From an uncultured Acidobacteriota bacterium (GTDB taxonomy: Bacteria; Acidobacteriota; Terriglobia; Bryobacterales; Bryobacteraceae), in assembly GCA_963799805.1 (NCBI GenBank), contig CAWCYF010000001.1, positions 835,179 to 899,178 of the forward strand: DNA of 64,000 nt, given 5' to 3'. Position 1 is the stretch's first letter. Each line of letters begins with the position of its first letter. Positions 9,407-19,675 of the stretch are shown in pieces. Under the pieces are notes generated by a model. The model was given only the letters and a program-made list of their open reading frames with translations, was not told the origin of the DNA and searched no databases. Position numbers and translations under genes: made by a program.

Positions 9407-10136
9407 CGGCGAACAACCGCCATGCAAAAGGCCGAGGAAGTCCGCCCGCCGTGATGTTCTGAAAGTCCCACATGAACGAGATCAAAATCAGTGCTCCGCC
9501 GAGCGTCATTGCGCACCAATGCGCGGGCAACATTCGCATCGGCCGCGCGAGCGCCACGAGTCCCGCGCCAATGATCGTCATCGATACGATCGATGGTGCA
9601 AGAACCGGCGCCGCCCAAGGCACGGGAATCAGAAACAGGATATCCCACGTCATAATCGATACAGGCCAGTGAAGTAGCAGCTTGAGAAACACGTAAAAGA
9701 AGAGATCCCAGGTTCCGAACGCAATCGCAAACGAAGGGAGCCACCGATGTCGTCTTCCGGCGCCAACCAGAGCCACTGACATCAGCATGACTATCGTAGC
9801 CGCTTCGCGCGCGACTTCAACGCCCAGGAGCCATGATGTTTCGGGCGCTCCGTCCCGCAGTTGATCCACGCTAATCAGGGGAAAAAGCTCGCCGGCGGGT
9901 CGATCGGGACGAAGCTTGTGCCGGAGAGGATCGTAAATGTCGCGCAGATAAACCACAACCGATGCCTCAACGTAGCCAAAAGAGATACCGAATAAAATCA
10001 GCCCCGCTGCGAGACGCCCCCACTTTTTATTAATCTTCACAATTTCAATTATGGTTGAGGTTGGGATGCGGAACCTTTTTGCAGTTTTTGGGTTAACGAC
10101 ACACCGTAACGCCGGGCGGCGTTGGTCAGTGATCAA
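9303..10136 (-). CDS. polytopic membrane protein, unknown function
   Basis: 277-aa ORF (TTG start in the track) with several hydrophobic helices. No recognisable motif was found. Confidence 0.6.
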   Translation of the reverse strand: MITDQRRPALRCVVNPKTAKRFRIPTSTIIEIVKINKKWGRLAAGLILFGISFGYVEASVVVYLRDIYDPLRHKLRPDRPAGELFPLISVDQLRDGAPETSWLLGVEVAREAATIVMLMSVALVGAGRRHRWLPSFAIAFGTWDLFFYVFLKLLLHWPVSIMTWDILFLIPVPWAAPVLAPSIVSMTIIGAGLVALARPMRMLPAHWCAMTLGGALILISFMWDFQNITAGGLPRPFAWRLFAAGELAGVAAFLHAFRGSNLDPRNSGSSEEFQPCP

Positions 10137-10161
10137 GCGTTCCAGCGGTTCTTCTGTAACG

Positions 10162-11877
10162 TCACCGTTTTAATAGAGAACGCAGTCTGCTCCACGGCGA
10201 ACAATTCAGGACGAAGTCCTTCGTCAGGCCCGCGCGGCGGGCTTGGTCAAGACCATAGCGGATGAGGCCGAGTTCTCGCGTGCTGTGCGCGTCGGTCGAG
10301 ATTGCAATCTTCACGCCAAACTGCGCGGCACAGCGCGCATTGTCCGCCGATAGATCCAGCCGATTCGGACTGGAATTGATTTCGAAAAAACAACCGTTCC
10401 GACGGGCGTGTTCAATGATGCGATCCATGTCCAACTCGTAACCGGGACGCTTGAGGAGCAGGCGGCCGGTGGCATGCCCCAGGATATTGAAATAGCGGTT
10501 GTCCATCGCGCGCAGAATGCGCTCGGTCTGTTGCTGTTTACCAAAGCCAAAACGCGAATGGATGGAGCAAACGGTGTAGTCGAGTTCCTGGAGCAGAGCG
10601 TCGGGATAATCAAGCGCGCCGTCGGCGAGAATATCGACCTCAGCGGACTTCAGGATACGAATACCGCCTAGCCGTTCATTCAGCCGGTCAATGAAACGGA
10701 TCTGCTGCCAGAGATCGTCGATCGAAACGCCACGCGCGATCTTCAGGCTCTGCGAATGATCGGTGACGCCGATATACTCGTAACCTTTCTGCTGCGCCGC
10801 TCCAGCCATCTGCTCGATGGAGTGCGCCCCGTCGCTCGCTGTCGAATGGGCGTGCAGCTCGCCGCGGATGTCCGCCAGCTCGACTAGGGCTGGGAGAGCG
10901 CCGCATTTCGCGCGGTCCACTTCGTCGCGGCCTTCCCGAAGTTCCGGCGGGATGAAGCCGAGCCCATATTTACGGTAAAGCGCGGTTTCCGTGGGAAACG
11001 GCCCCGCCTGTTGCAATCCCTTCAGATTGCCTGTCACCGCCGTGAGTTTCCTAAGGTGAGTTTTCGAGCCGGTGCAGGCAATCAGCGCCAAGCCCCAGTC
11101 CTCTTTTGCTGCCGCGCGAACATACAGCAGGATACCCGCCGACAGCGCCAATAGCGCGTCGTTCGCTCCCGCCTTGAGCAGGGGCGTGCGGCCGCCGAAG
11201 CGCTGCAGCCCGGCAACGACCGAACTGAAATCGTCAGTTTCGATCACAAAGGCGATTTCCTCGATCACTTCCAGCCGCCGGCGGCAGTCGCCCGCAACCT
11301 CGGCGCGGCGGACGCCGCATTTGCTAACCAGGAATTCCTCAACCGCGGTGTGCACATCGTCAGCGCGGTAGAGCAGGATGGCCTGTATCTGGGTGAGGCC
11401 CTGCCGAACATGCTGCGCCATACGGAGCCCGAGGGCTTTCTCAATCTCGCCGCTGTCGAGCTTTTAGCGCAATGCTTCGACGGAAGCGATGCCGAGTTTT
11501 TTGTAGACGCGCAGAACACGCTTGGGGTCGAGGCGCGGGTAGCGGCTGATGCCGACCAGTTCGGGACTCGCGCCCGCTCGCAGTTTTTCGAGCTTGCCCA
11601 GCGTGCGCGTAAGCACGATTTCCCGGATGGCCGCGGCGATGGCTTCGCCAATCCCAGCGTAGAAGGTAAGGTCAGCATTCTCGCGGACAAGCTCATCGAC
11701 GCTTTCCGGCAAAGTCCTGATCTTCCAGGCGGCGCGTTGATAGGCTTTGACCTTGTACGGATTTTCCTTCTGGGCCGCAAGCAACTGCGCTAGGCTCGCC
11801 AGACGATCGGCGATCTCGGCATTGCTGAGGACCGGAGCAATGGCAGTGACGGGACCCTGATGCGGCGAGTCTGCCAT
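10162..11877 (-). pseudogene. polX: DNA polymerase/3'-5' exonuclease PolX (Pol-beta-like core plus PHP domain), interrupted by an in-frame TAA
   Basis: ORFs 11464..11877 (N-terminal HhH/8-kDa-like region) and 10162..11421 (palm/thumb plus PHP with HAHSTASDG, GVTDHS) are in the same frame. They are separated only by a TAA at 11464-11466, and the 14 codons between them read on sensibly (KLDSGEIEKALGLR). Confidence 0.85.
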
Positions 11878-11899
11878 GCCCTTCTCTTCTTATCATGCC

Positions 11900-12130
11900 T
11901 CCAGAATGGCTTTATCCCTGAATGCGAATCTTCCTTGTTCATGCGCCAGTACAGACGAAAACCGGCGGAGTGCCAGCCCATAACAATCTCGGGCTTCATA
12001 ACAACCAGAACCTCGGCCATCGGGACCGCGCAGGTCGTCCAGAAGAACCGGTCCAGCCGATTCAGACGGCGCTCGCGTTTCGACCGCGGGAAAAGACGCC
12101 GATCACAGCGAGGATGGAGAGGGTGAAATC
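11900..12130 (-). mobile_element. N-terminal fragment of a DDE (rve-type) transposase
   Basis: The minus frame reads ...RRLNRLDRFFWTTCAVPMAEVLVVMKPEIVMGWHSAGFRLYWRM. This DRxFW ... VKPETxxxWHRxGFRLYW pattern is, from memory, typical of transposase N-termini. The similarity ends after about 70 aa. Confidence 0.4.
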
Positions 12131-12291
12131 CGGCACGAACTCATTTCCTGAAGAGGAGTTGATCCCCGGCACCACCCCCGCAGTACATCTAACTGCCCAC
12201 GCTCATCAATCCGGCCACACGGACCTTATCAGACGGACGTGCTGATGGAAACGCGCCATACTTTGTTCAACAAGGTTCATCTCACTAACGC

Positions 12292-12900
12292 TTATTTATT
12301 TGAGACTTCGGCCGGAACGTTTTTCAGCAGCAGCGGATAAACCCAGCCCGCAGGCAACACACGCTCCGGATCGGGACGCACGCTCAAATAATCGACGTGG
12401 TCCGTGATCTGGCTCCAGCCATGGGCCACGCCGGTCGGGATGATGATGATATCGCCCGGTACCACCCTGCGACTATAGGCACCTTTGCCGGCGGTGCCGC
12501 CTCCGCTAGGACCATTCATAACGTTCGGGACGCCGGTGCCCGGTCTCTTATTTTCGATCACTCCTCCGGTTGTGAGAACGCCCCCTCCCGACTGGATGAT
12601 GTAAACCTCGGGCGTGTAGTCATGATAGATGATTATGATCGGGTCGCCTGGCTTGTCGCGAGTCGGACCTCGATGAATAATCCCGACGCCCAGGTTGTAT
12701 TTCCCCATATCGACCACGCGAAGCTGCCGGTCGGTTCCCGGGCTTTTCAGAACCATGTCAATGTCGGCTTTCGTAATGTCGAAAGCATAATTCGGCGGTG
12801 ACCCAGCCGGTACGGGAGGGGGATTTTGCGGTATCTGTGCAAGCATGAAGGCCGGTAACGCGACCAGGCCAGCAAGAGCACCCGCGATAATTTTGTTCAT
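12292..12900 (-). CDS. secreted cupin domain protein
   Basis: 202-aa ORF with a signal peptide (MNKIIAGALAGLVALPAFMLA) and cupin beta-barrel motifs (YHDYTPEVYIIQSGGG, GDIIIIPTGVAHGW). Confidence 0.7.
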   Translation of the reverse strand: MNKIIAGALAGLVALPAFMLAQIPQNPPPVPAGSPPNYAFDITKADIDMVLKSPGTDRQLRVVDMGKYNLGVGIIHRGPTRDKPGDPIIIIYHDYTPEVYIIQSGGGVLTTGGVIENKRPGTGVPNVMNGPSGGGTAGKGAYSRRVVPGDIIIIPTGVAHGWSQITDHVDYLSVRPDPERVLPAGWVYPLLLKNVPAEVSNK

Positions 12901-13165
12901 GACTGATCTCCTTTGTCCGGAATTTCCATTTTGGATTCCCCTGGACGGTTCAGTATATACGAGGTGGCGTCCCTTTTATCCGGCGAGTTGCTTTTCCCGA
13001 ATGTCCGGCTTCGATCCTGGCAGAGTCCCACGCACACCCCTCAGGGTGATTCTGTCCGGATTGCCGATGATCATAGAACTGACCCACGCCCGCACCTTGT
13101 TAGATTGAGTTGGGCGCCGGCTCTGCGGCTTCGACGATAGCTACCATCAAAGTAGAGGCCAAAGC

Positions 13166-13618
13166 ATGAACAAGATCACACCGTTTCTGTGGTTCAACGA
13201 CAATGCCGAAGACGCCGCGGAGTTTTATCTCTCGGTATTCCCGGAAGCGAAGAAGCTGGGAGAGCTGCGTTCGAGCGGGGTGGGTCCCTGGCCCGCCGGA
13301 AAGATCGCGACCATCGCCATCGAACTTATGGGCCAGCAGATGACGTTTCTCAACGGTGGCCCCACGCAGGCGCTCACGCCGGCTTTCTCGTACTCCGTTG
13401 CGTGCAAAGACCAGGCCGAGATCGACCGCTACTGGGACAAGCTGCTTGAGGGTGGCAAGCCCATGGCCTGCGGCTGGCTGACGGACAAGTTCGGGCTGTG
13501 CTGGCAGATCGTGCCGGAGAAGATTGGCGAGATCCTGAAGCATCCGAAGGCAATGGCTGCGATGATGAGAATGGTGAAGTTCGACATCGCCACGCTGGAG
13601 GCTGCGGCGAAGGAATAA
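13166..13618 (+). CDS. VOC-superfamily protein (PhnB / 3-demethylubiquinone-9 3-methyltransferase-domain type)
   Basis: MNKITPFLWFNDNAEDAAEFYLSVFP ... CGWLTDKFGLCWQIVP is the characteristic pattern of this family. Confidence 0.8.
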   Translation: MNKITPFLWFNDNAEDAAEFYLSVFPEAKKLGELRSSGVGPWPAGKIATIAIELMGQQMTFLNGGPTQALTPAFSYSVACKDQAEIDRYWDKLLEGGKPMACGWLTDKFGLCWQIVPEKIGEILKHPKAMAAMMRMVKFDIATLEAAAKE

Positions 13619-13803
13619 CAGCGCCCGAATGACTGACAGCGCACCATAAGCTAAACCGAATTTGCGCGCGAAGGGTATCTTCGCGAACCGCACGTCTGTC
13701 GGCATAAGACAGATGGCGATGTGCGACAAGCAGTTGTGGATTTCGCTTTAGGCCGCCCGTGATCGCGGTCGTCTAAACCAGAATTTCGCCGCAGAGGGAC
13801 GCG

Positions 13804-14193
13804 ATGAAGCACACGTGGACAATCATAGGTGTAGGCGACGTGCCGAGCAGTTTCAGATGGTACAAAGCGCTGTTCGGCCAGCCTGCTACCCTCCCTGCCC
13901 ACGACTACTTTGGGCAAGTTCTGGATACAGATGGAACTGTCTTGCTCTGCCTCCACGAGTGGGGCGCCCACGGGCATCCCTCATTGGCGAGCCCCGATCA
14001 CGGGACCCCCGGCAACGGGCTCCTGTTGTTCTTCCGTGTCGATGACTTTGACCTGGCGCTTCAAAGGGCACGCTCTCTCGTCACTCGGCTCGAAGAGGAG
14101 CCACACGTAAATCCGAACACTCACACCAGGGAGTTCTCGCTTCGAGATCCGGATGGATATTACGTTACGATCAGTGCGCTCTCTGAGGCCTAA
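13804..14193 (+). CDS. VOC/glyoxalase-family protein
   Basis: 129-aa ORF with a glyoxalase-like pattern (WTIIGVGDV, LLLFFRVDDFD, FSLRDPDGYYVTI). Confidence 0.7.
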   Translation: MKHTWTIIGVGDVPSSFRWYKALFGQPATLPAHDYFGQVLDTDGTVLLCLHEWGAHGHPSLASPDHGTPGNGLLLFFRVDDFDLALQRARSLVTRLEEEPHVNPNTHTREFSLRDPDGYYVTISALSEA

Positions 14194-14715
14194 AAGCGCG
14201 GCGCAGCTTTCGAGCGCTGTGCAGAGCTTCATGGGGGCGCTGTCTAGCCCAGTATTAACGGCGTTGCCGGAGTTTTGGATGATTCTGATCGAGCACGGGC
14301 AACCCGGAAACTGAACTCACCTGCCGCGTAGATCATGCGTGACGGCTTAGTGTCTAGGGATCCATAATGTTGCCGCCTCTGGAATGCCACCAGAGTCTCC
14401 TCAGCGATCCTGAATCTGCGCTACGAGCGGGCCCATTAGCGTGACACATCGATCTGCTCCCAGGCCGGTTGGCAACCCACGGCTACGCTCGGTGGCTTGA
14501 GCAGAAGGATCTCACGGCCGGCAAAATCGACCGAGGAATAATCGGTCGAAAACGTAACAATAGAGCGGCGCATTGGAGGAGCCATAGTGTTGAGGCGCCC
14601 TGAATAATCCAATCATGTGGAGGCCGGCGCCGGGTGCCTTCGGTTCCCTCGGTAAGGGAGCTCTTCGGGGACCGGGTTGTTTAATACGGATGCGGGAATC
14701 TACAGGATATTTCAA

Positions 14716-15134
14716 TTAAGGAGCACGTGAACGTCCAGTTCTGGCTGGCTCATGATCAACGTATTGGACAACTCGCATTACAGCCTTCTTCGCCGGTGAC
14801 TTGCTCGCCTTTGCCGCTTCAGCCCTCTTCAGCGCCCAACGTTTTTTGTTGCCCTCGATGATCCGCTTCATCCCCGCTGCGCTGATTCGCCGCTTGGGAT
14901 TTTCCACGACAGCTTCCGAGTCGGATTGCCCCTTGATCGCTGCCCACCTTTTCTTCTGTACAAGCGCCATCCGCCGACGCGCGGCGGCGGAAATCTTGCG
15001 TTTCCCAGCAGCCTGAGCGGGAGCCGCTTCCGTTGTCCGCTCACTGTTCAGCAGGTTTCGAAGTTCGGCGATTTGAACATCTATGTGTTTCTTCTGGGCC
15101 TCGAATCCTGCAATAGCGGCCGTGATGATTTCAT
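14716..15134 (-). CDS. small basic protein with coiled-coil N-terminus and duplicated RRxSAAxxKRIxxxxKKRWA motif; start region disturbed
   Basis: The track ORF 14716..14970 continues upstream in frame as EIITAAIAGFEAQKKHIDVQIAELRNLLNSERTTEAAPAQAAGKRKISAAARRR. The ATG at 15134 is out of frame by one base, next to an AAA run. The start assignment is inference. Confidence 0.45.
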
Positions 15135-15157
15135 GCTACAGATGATTTCATGCTAAC
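15124..15157. repeat. 17-bp tandem duplication (gatgatttcatgctaca / gatgatttcatgctaac)
   Basis: Read directly from the sequence. The first 15 nt of the two units are identical. It lies at the 5' end of the small basic protein gene. Confidence 0.9.
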
Positions 15158-15323
15158 AATTGTTGGGGCATGTGGGTGAATGTGTCTCGACTCCTTCAGC
15201 GAAAAGATAACTACGCTACAACAGCCATGGATGAGATCCCCTGAAGACACGCAGGCGCCTGTGCTAAAACGAAGCTGATCGTGTGCGGTAAAGTCATACT
15301 ACGAAACGATCGATGAGGCAAAT

Positions 15324-15682
15324 ATGAACCGTCGGATCCACAAGCGCTTTCCAGCCAAGTTCGACGCAAAGGTGACCCCATTGAGCAACCAGGAAAACTC
15401 CGCTTCCGGCCATCTCGCGAATATATCCGAATCCGGCATTTGCGTCGCTCTACCGCTCCAACTCGCGCCCGGCGACATCGTTCAGTTGGACATGGCCGAC
15501 AGCGTACTGTTCGGCTACATCATTTATTCCAATTCGGAAGGATCGGCATTCCGGACGGGATCGAGGTCGAGGAAGTCCTGCTGGGCGGACCCAATCTAGC
15601 TCAAATTCTATATCAAAGCCTGATAGATAAGATGCCTGATGCGCCTGGGCTGCAACCCTCCGGGCGTCCTCTTTTCAGGTGA
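15324..15682 (+). pseudogene. PilZ domain protein, one frame switch near 15557
   Basis: MNRRIHKRFPAKFDAKVTPL...GHLANISESGICVAL is the PilZ RxxxR...D/NxSxxG pattern. The C-terminal part (GIEVEEVLLGGPNLAQIL...) continues in ORF 15440..15682. Confidence 0.65.
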
Positions 15683-15864
15683 TCTGCTCCAGTTCATCTA
15701 GGCGCTGGAGGGTTCGCTTTAGCTCCTCCTCTATTTCTTGTAGACGCCTGAGATTTCCTGGGTTGTTGTTGGTTGAAAGAAACTCCTTCAATTCCGTGAG
15801 GCGTGTGAGAGCTTCCCTCAACGAAGGGGCTTCCTTATCAGCCTTTGAGCCGTTTGACAGACAT
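15675..15864 (-). pseudogene. possible small coiled-coil protein, frame switch right after the start
   Basis: ATG at 15864 gives MSVKRLKG then a stop. The adjacent frame continues ADKEAPSLREALTRLTELKEFLSTNNNPGNLRRLQEIEEELKRTLQRLDELEQIT to a stop. Evidence is weak and hand-derived. Confidence 0.3.
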
Positions 15865-16213
15865 ACTTGAGACTGTTTCGGAATCGGATTTTAGATTTGG
15901 AAGCATTTGATTGCTTTGTTGTAGCATCGTGGTCTTCCGGTGACCGGAAGGCATGATGGGCTTGTGGCGAGCCGGTGGTATTGGCGGATGAACACCGCCA
16001 ATTGCTGTAATCTAGTCCCGGTGGAATTCAATATCAATCATTTGACTAGGGGCGCCGACGCAGTTGATCGCAAAAGTTGCCCTTTCTGTTTTCGATTATA
16101 CTCGGCTAGCCGCCAATGCTCCCGTTGAAGCGATCAGCAATGCGATCCTACCGGCTAGGACCCATTGCCGCTACCATAAATGGCTCGAGTTTATGCTTGA
16201 TTGAAGGAACTCA

Positions 16214-16696
16214 ATGAGCACCTCCAGGACGATGCCTGGCGGCCGAGTAAATCGAGCCGGGCTGAGAAAAGGACACAGCGGTCAATCGCTCTGCCGTTGG
16301 TGCGACCTCGAGGTCCCCTCAGGCCGGTTCACGTTCTGCTCGGAGTGGTGCGTACATGAATGGCGTCTACGTACCGATCCCGGGTATGTTCGAGAGCAGG
16401 TTCTCCGGCGTGACCACGGTATTTGCGCCATCTGCTCCGTCGATGCCTGTGCCGCATACCTGGAGTTGAAACGATCTCGGGGAGTTCACCGGAAAAAGCT
16501 TCTGGCGCACTGGGGCCGGCGGAGAATGAATCGCAAGACTCTCTGGGACGCCGATCACTTCATCTCGATAGCTGAAGGCGGCGGCGAGTGCGACCTAACG
16601 AACATCCGAACGCTGTGTCTAATATGCCATCGCCGGGCCACACTGGCGCTCCGCTCGAGACTGTCTGCGCGGCTACGCGCTGGGGTAAACGACTAG
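16214..16696 (+). CDS. HNH endonuclease with N-terminal zinc-ribbon-like motif
   Basis: CRWCDLEVPSGRFTFCSEWCVHEW is followed by RDHGICAIC...WDADHFISIAEGGGECDLTNIRTLCLICHRRAT (HNH). Confidence 0.8.
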   Translation: MSTSRTMPGGRVNRAGLRKGHSGQSLCRWCDLEVPSGRFTFCSEWCVHEWRLRTDPGYVREQVLRRDHGICAICSVDACAAYLELKRSRGVHRKKLLAHWGRRRMNRKTLWDADHFISIAEGGGECDLTNIRTLCLICHRRATLALRSRLSARLRAGVND

Positions 16697-16762
16697 TGAA
16701 CATCCACTTCAGGTATGGCTCGAAGACTGCCCGCGTTACGAAGTTGATACCTCGGCGCGGTC

Positions 16763-17059
16763 TCACTCTTTCTCGACCGAATTGAGCAATGACGTGAACT
16801 TCTTCTGATTTGCGGCGATGGTCTTGGGGGCAGGGCCGGTGAATTTGATGAACAGGTTTCCGCCCGGACCTTCAACGATCGCGCCCAACAAACAGCCGGA
16901 ATGGATCTGGGACGTTTTGTTGAGAATTCGATGCGGATTCGACGGAGCCTTGGGTGTTTTCGAATGGGCGGGCATCCCTCTCGGGAGTGTCGCCAGCTCC
17001 ACGGTGTTGTGGCTCTGGTTCTTGCCGACGGCGTAAAAGAGTGAATCGAAAGGCACCAA
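16763..17059 (-). CDS. hypothetical protein (possibly a fragment)
   Basis: The 98-aa ORF has less shadow-like composition than its neighbours (…[32 protein letters not shown]). No family was recognised with confidence. Confidence 0.3.
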   Translation of the reverse strand: MVPFDSLFYAVGKNQSHNTVELATLPRGMPAHSKTPKAPSNPHRILNKTSQIHSGCLLGAIVEGPGGNLFIKFTGPAPKTIAANQKKFTSLLNSVEKE

Positions 17060-17180
17060 ATCCGGCTACCGATTGGTGTGGTCCGTACTCTTCGCTCATC
17101 CGTGCGATGACCGAGAGGGGCGCAGATTGGGTTTTCGGACGTTACGAGATACCCGCGTGGCGTGATCGCAACGAATGCGC

Positions 17181-18434
17181 TCAATCCGTGCCGTATGCAA
17201 TGCGCCAGATTCGGCCCTCTTGCGAATCCGCGACGTATAGTGCTCCATCCGGTCCCACCGCTGCGCCGATCGGGCGATATTTGGCGCGGCCGGGAGTCTT
17301 ACTGGATGCCTCGAAGGCAGGGAATCCAGCGGCAAAGACCGTAGGATCGCCCGCCCTTCCGCCGCGATTAAAAGGCACGAAGACTACATCATAGCCGTTC
17401 TTATTGCGAGTGCCGTGCAGCACCACGAACGCGCCCCCGCGATAAGCGGCGGGGAACTTGTCGCCCGTGTAGAACACAAGATCCACCGGAGCCGCGCGCC
17501 TGGATTGAAAAGTGAGCACTGGTTTAGAATATTTGCCCGCTGGCGCCGCAGTCCTACCGTCTCCACCGTATTCCGGCGAGACAAAGCGAAGCTTCCGCAC
17601 GCCATCGTAGTAGGTATACGGCCAACCAAAATCGGTTCCTTTGGTTATACGATGCATCTCATCAGCAATGTTGTCCTCATCCTCGGTGCTGATAATATCT
17701 GGCCAGGCGCTGTGCATGTTGTCGCGGCCGTGCATGATGCCGTAAAGACTTCCGTCTGCAGGTGACCAATCGAGCGAACTGATGTCGCGGATACCGGTGG
17801 CTAACTGCTCACCATCGGTGGGGAATTTCTGGCCAATCTTGTCAGCACCGAAGCGCCATACACCAGCGCGTGCTCCTAAATCCGGACAGGGCTTGCTTCC
17901 TACAGGTGGCGATCCCCCGGGCGTGTTGGGCTCGGCGCAGATATTCGCGGAGGCGTCCAGGGCGACAAACAAATCGCCTTTTCCGTCAAATGCTAGCGCC
18001 CGGTTCACGCGGTTGAAGCCGGGGTGGGTCGTGGGCATCCCGTCCACGATCACCTCCGGATCCTTCCCAGGCACCAGCGCATTCCCGCTGAATGTGAAAC
18101 GATAAATGGCCGAAGGCGAGGCGGCGTAGAGCGCACCTTTATAAAAACGAATGGCAGTGCCACCATCGACCCTCCCAAAATGCTGGACCTGATCAGCCTT
18201 GTGGTTTGTGTCTAAATGAAGCGCGATGATTCCACTTCCGCTGTTCTGCTTGTCTACCGGCGTAGAGACATAGATGTCGCCATTCTCCCGAACGGCGAGA
18301 TGACGTACCGGCCCCAGACCCTCGGTGACGATGGTGGCGTGAAAGCCCGGTTCCAGGGTCAACCCATCTGGTTCACTGCCAGAGGCGAGCCCCATGGTCC
18401 AAGCGAAAACAAAAACAATTGAGAGCGTCTTCAT
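17181..18434 (-). CDS. PQQ-dependent sugar (sorbosone/glucose) dehydrogenase family protein, secreted
   Basis: 417-aa ORF with a signal peptide and beta-propeller motifs typical of soluble aldose dehydrogenases (MHGRDN, DFGWPYTYYDG, PDGALYVADSQEGRIWRI). Confidence 0.85.
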   Translation of the reverse strand: MKTLSIVFVFAWTMGLASGSEPDGLTLEPGFHATIVTEGLGPVRHLAVRENGDIYVSTPVDKQNSGSGIIALHLDTNHKADQVQHFGRVDGGTAIRFYKGALYAASPSAIYRFTFSGNALVPGKDPEVIVDGMPTTHPGFNRVNRALAFDGKGDLFVALDASANICAEPNTPGGSPPVGSKPCPDLGARAGVWRFGADKIGQKFPTDGEQLATGIRDISSLDWSPADGSLYGIMHGRDNMHSAWPDIISTEDEDNIADEMHRITKGTDFGWPYTYYDGVRKLRFVSPEYGGDGRTAAPAGKYSKPVLTFQSRRAAPVDLVFYTGDKFPAAYRGGAFVVLHGTRNKNGYDVVFVPFNRGGRAGDPTVFAAGFPAFEASSKTPGRAKYRPIGAAVGPDGALYVADSQEGRIWRIAYGTD

Positions 18435-19371
18435 AACATATAATCCCGCATCTTTATCATTTTACTTCGACACGCCTGGATTGAAAGCACTGGGGTGGAA
18501 TACTTGCCTGCTGGCGCCGAAGCTCGACCGATGAACCGCGAAGCTGGAAGATTTTGATTTACGCGGGCGAATTTTGAGAGAGCAAAATCGCAATACGATA
18601 CTTGGAGGAACGCTCGCCAATGCGAACGTCATCTATAACTATATCGGGCAATCCGTTTACGGTCTTTCAAGGGAGTTACGGATGCACGGCCGGAGTCGGT
18701 GTCGACCACCGAAAACGTGGCGGTATTCGCCGCAGTCAACGGCCAAGCCTCGATTAAGCAGGCGCGCAGATGAGGGCAGATGTGGGCAGATGAAGGAGCA
18801 CGGCGCAAAATTCGGCCGGAAAAGGAACCAGGCAATTGCTGCGCTCAGAACGGTTCTATGTTTTCGCGTTCAACTCACTCCAGATGGCTAGAGAGGGATG
18901 CCCGCTGGCCCGCCTCCGATATCATCGACTGGCGGTCATAGGCATTCGGCGTTCTGAATTGCATCGCGGTTATTTTCTTTTTTATTGCTTCACCGGCGAC
19001 ATCAAAATCGCGCGAGTCAGCTCGACAAGCATCGATCCCCCCGGCTCAATCGCCGAAACCGATGTCCGGATTAGCGCCGCGTCTGGCCCGGCTGGGTCGC
19101 GTAGCGCCCGCCGCATAAAGCCCAGGACATCGCCACGCTCAAGTGAAATCCTTTGGTCGCTGCCATCCAGTAAGTTCTGTGTAGCTTTTGGGTGCCTGAT
19201 GACGAAGGACCCCATGCAACGCGAGCGAAAGCCCGTTCTCTTGCGGAAGATGGCCCGGCACTGTCCAAGTTTGAAGCAAGAGCGGTCGTAAAATGGATGT
19301 AGTGGTGGTCCTGAACTCAAGACACGAACTGTTCTGCCAGAAGGTTGACGTCGTACACAAATCACGGATTG

Positions 19372-19662
19372 TTAGATACACCGACGTGGTACAGAACTGT
19401 CTGGCTTTTGACTGCCGACTCGCTCTTGGCCGTGGACATTTATCCTGGTACAAATATCCAGTCTGTGGTCGACGGTTAATCCGCCGGGGACGAGCTCCCA
19501 GCCCAAGCCGATCCGCAGACCCAACATGCCCTGCTTCGCATTGGAGTCCTTAGCTCCCGGATCGTCAGTGACATACAGTCCGGGAATGCCGATCGCTCCG
19601 CCGGCCCGCGTCACTGTCATAAGCGAATTCAGCACGTTAGCAGGTTGTTCGGTTCCAGTCAT
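19372..19662 (-). pseudogene. fragment of a glutathione-independent formaldehyde dehydrogenase-like Zn-ADH
   Basis: EQPANVLNSLMTVTRAGGAIGIPGLYVTDDPGAKDSNAKQGMLGLRIGLGW matches, from memory, an internal segment of FdhA-type enzymes. There is no N-terminal part, and the C-terminal continuation is lost. Confidence 0.55.
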
Positions 19663-19675
19663 GCGCGAAAGTCAT

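Noticed and set aside
14290-14560. Tyrosine-integrase N-terminal (SAM-like domain) remnant (…HIDLLPGRLATHGYARWLEQKDLTAGKI…)
   Set aside because: The resemblance rests on a ~25-residue pattern recalled from memory. No catalytic domain was found. It is kept only as context for the neighbouring small basic protein.
18764-18793. 3 x 10-bp tandem micro-repeat (gcgcagatga gggcagatgt gggcagatga)
   Set aside because: It is very short and lies in a degraded non-coding stretch. No functional inference is possible. It is mentioned only as part of the fragment-rich region.
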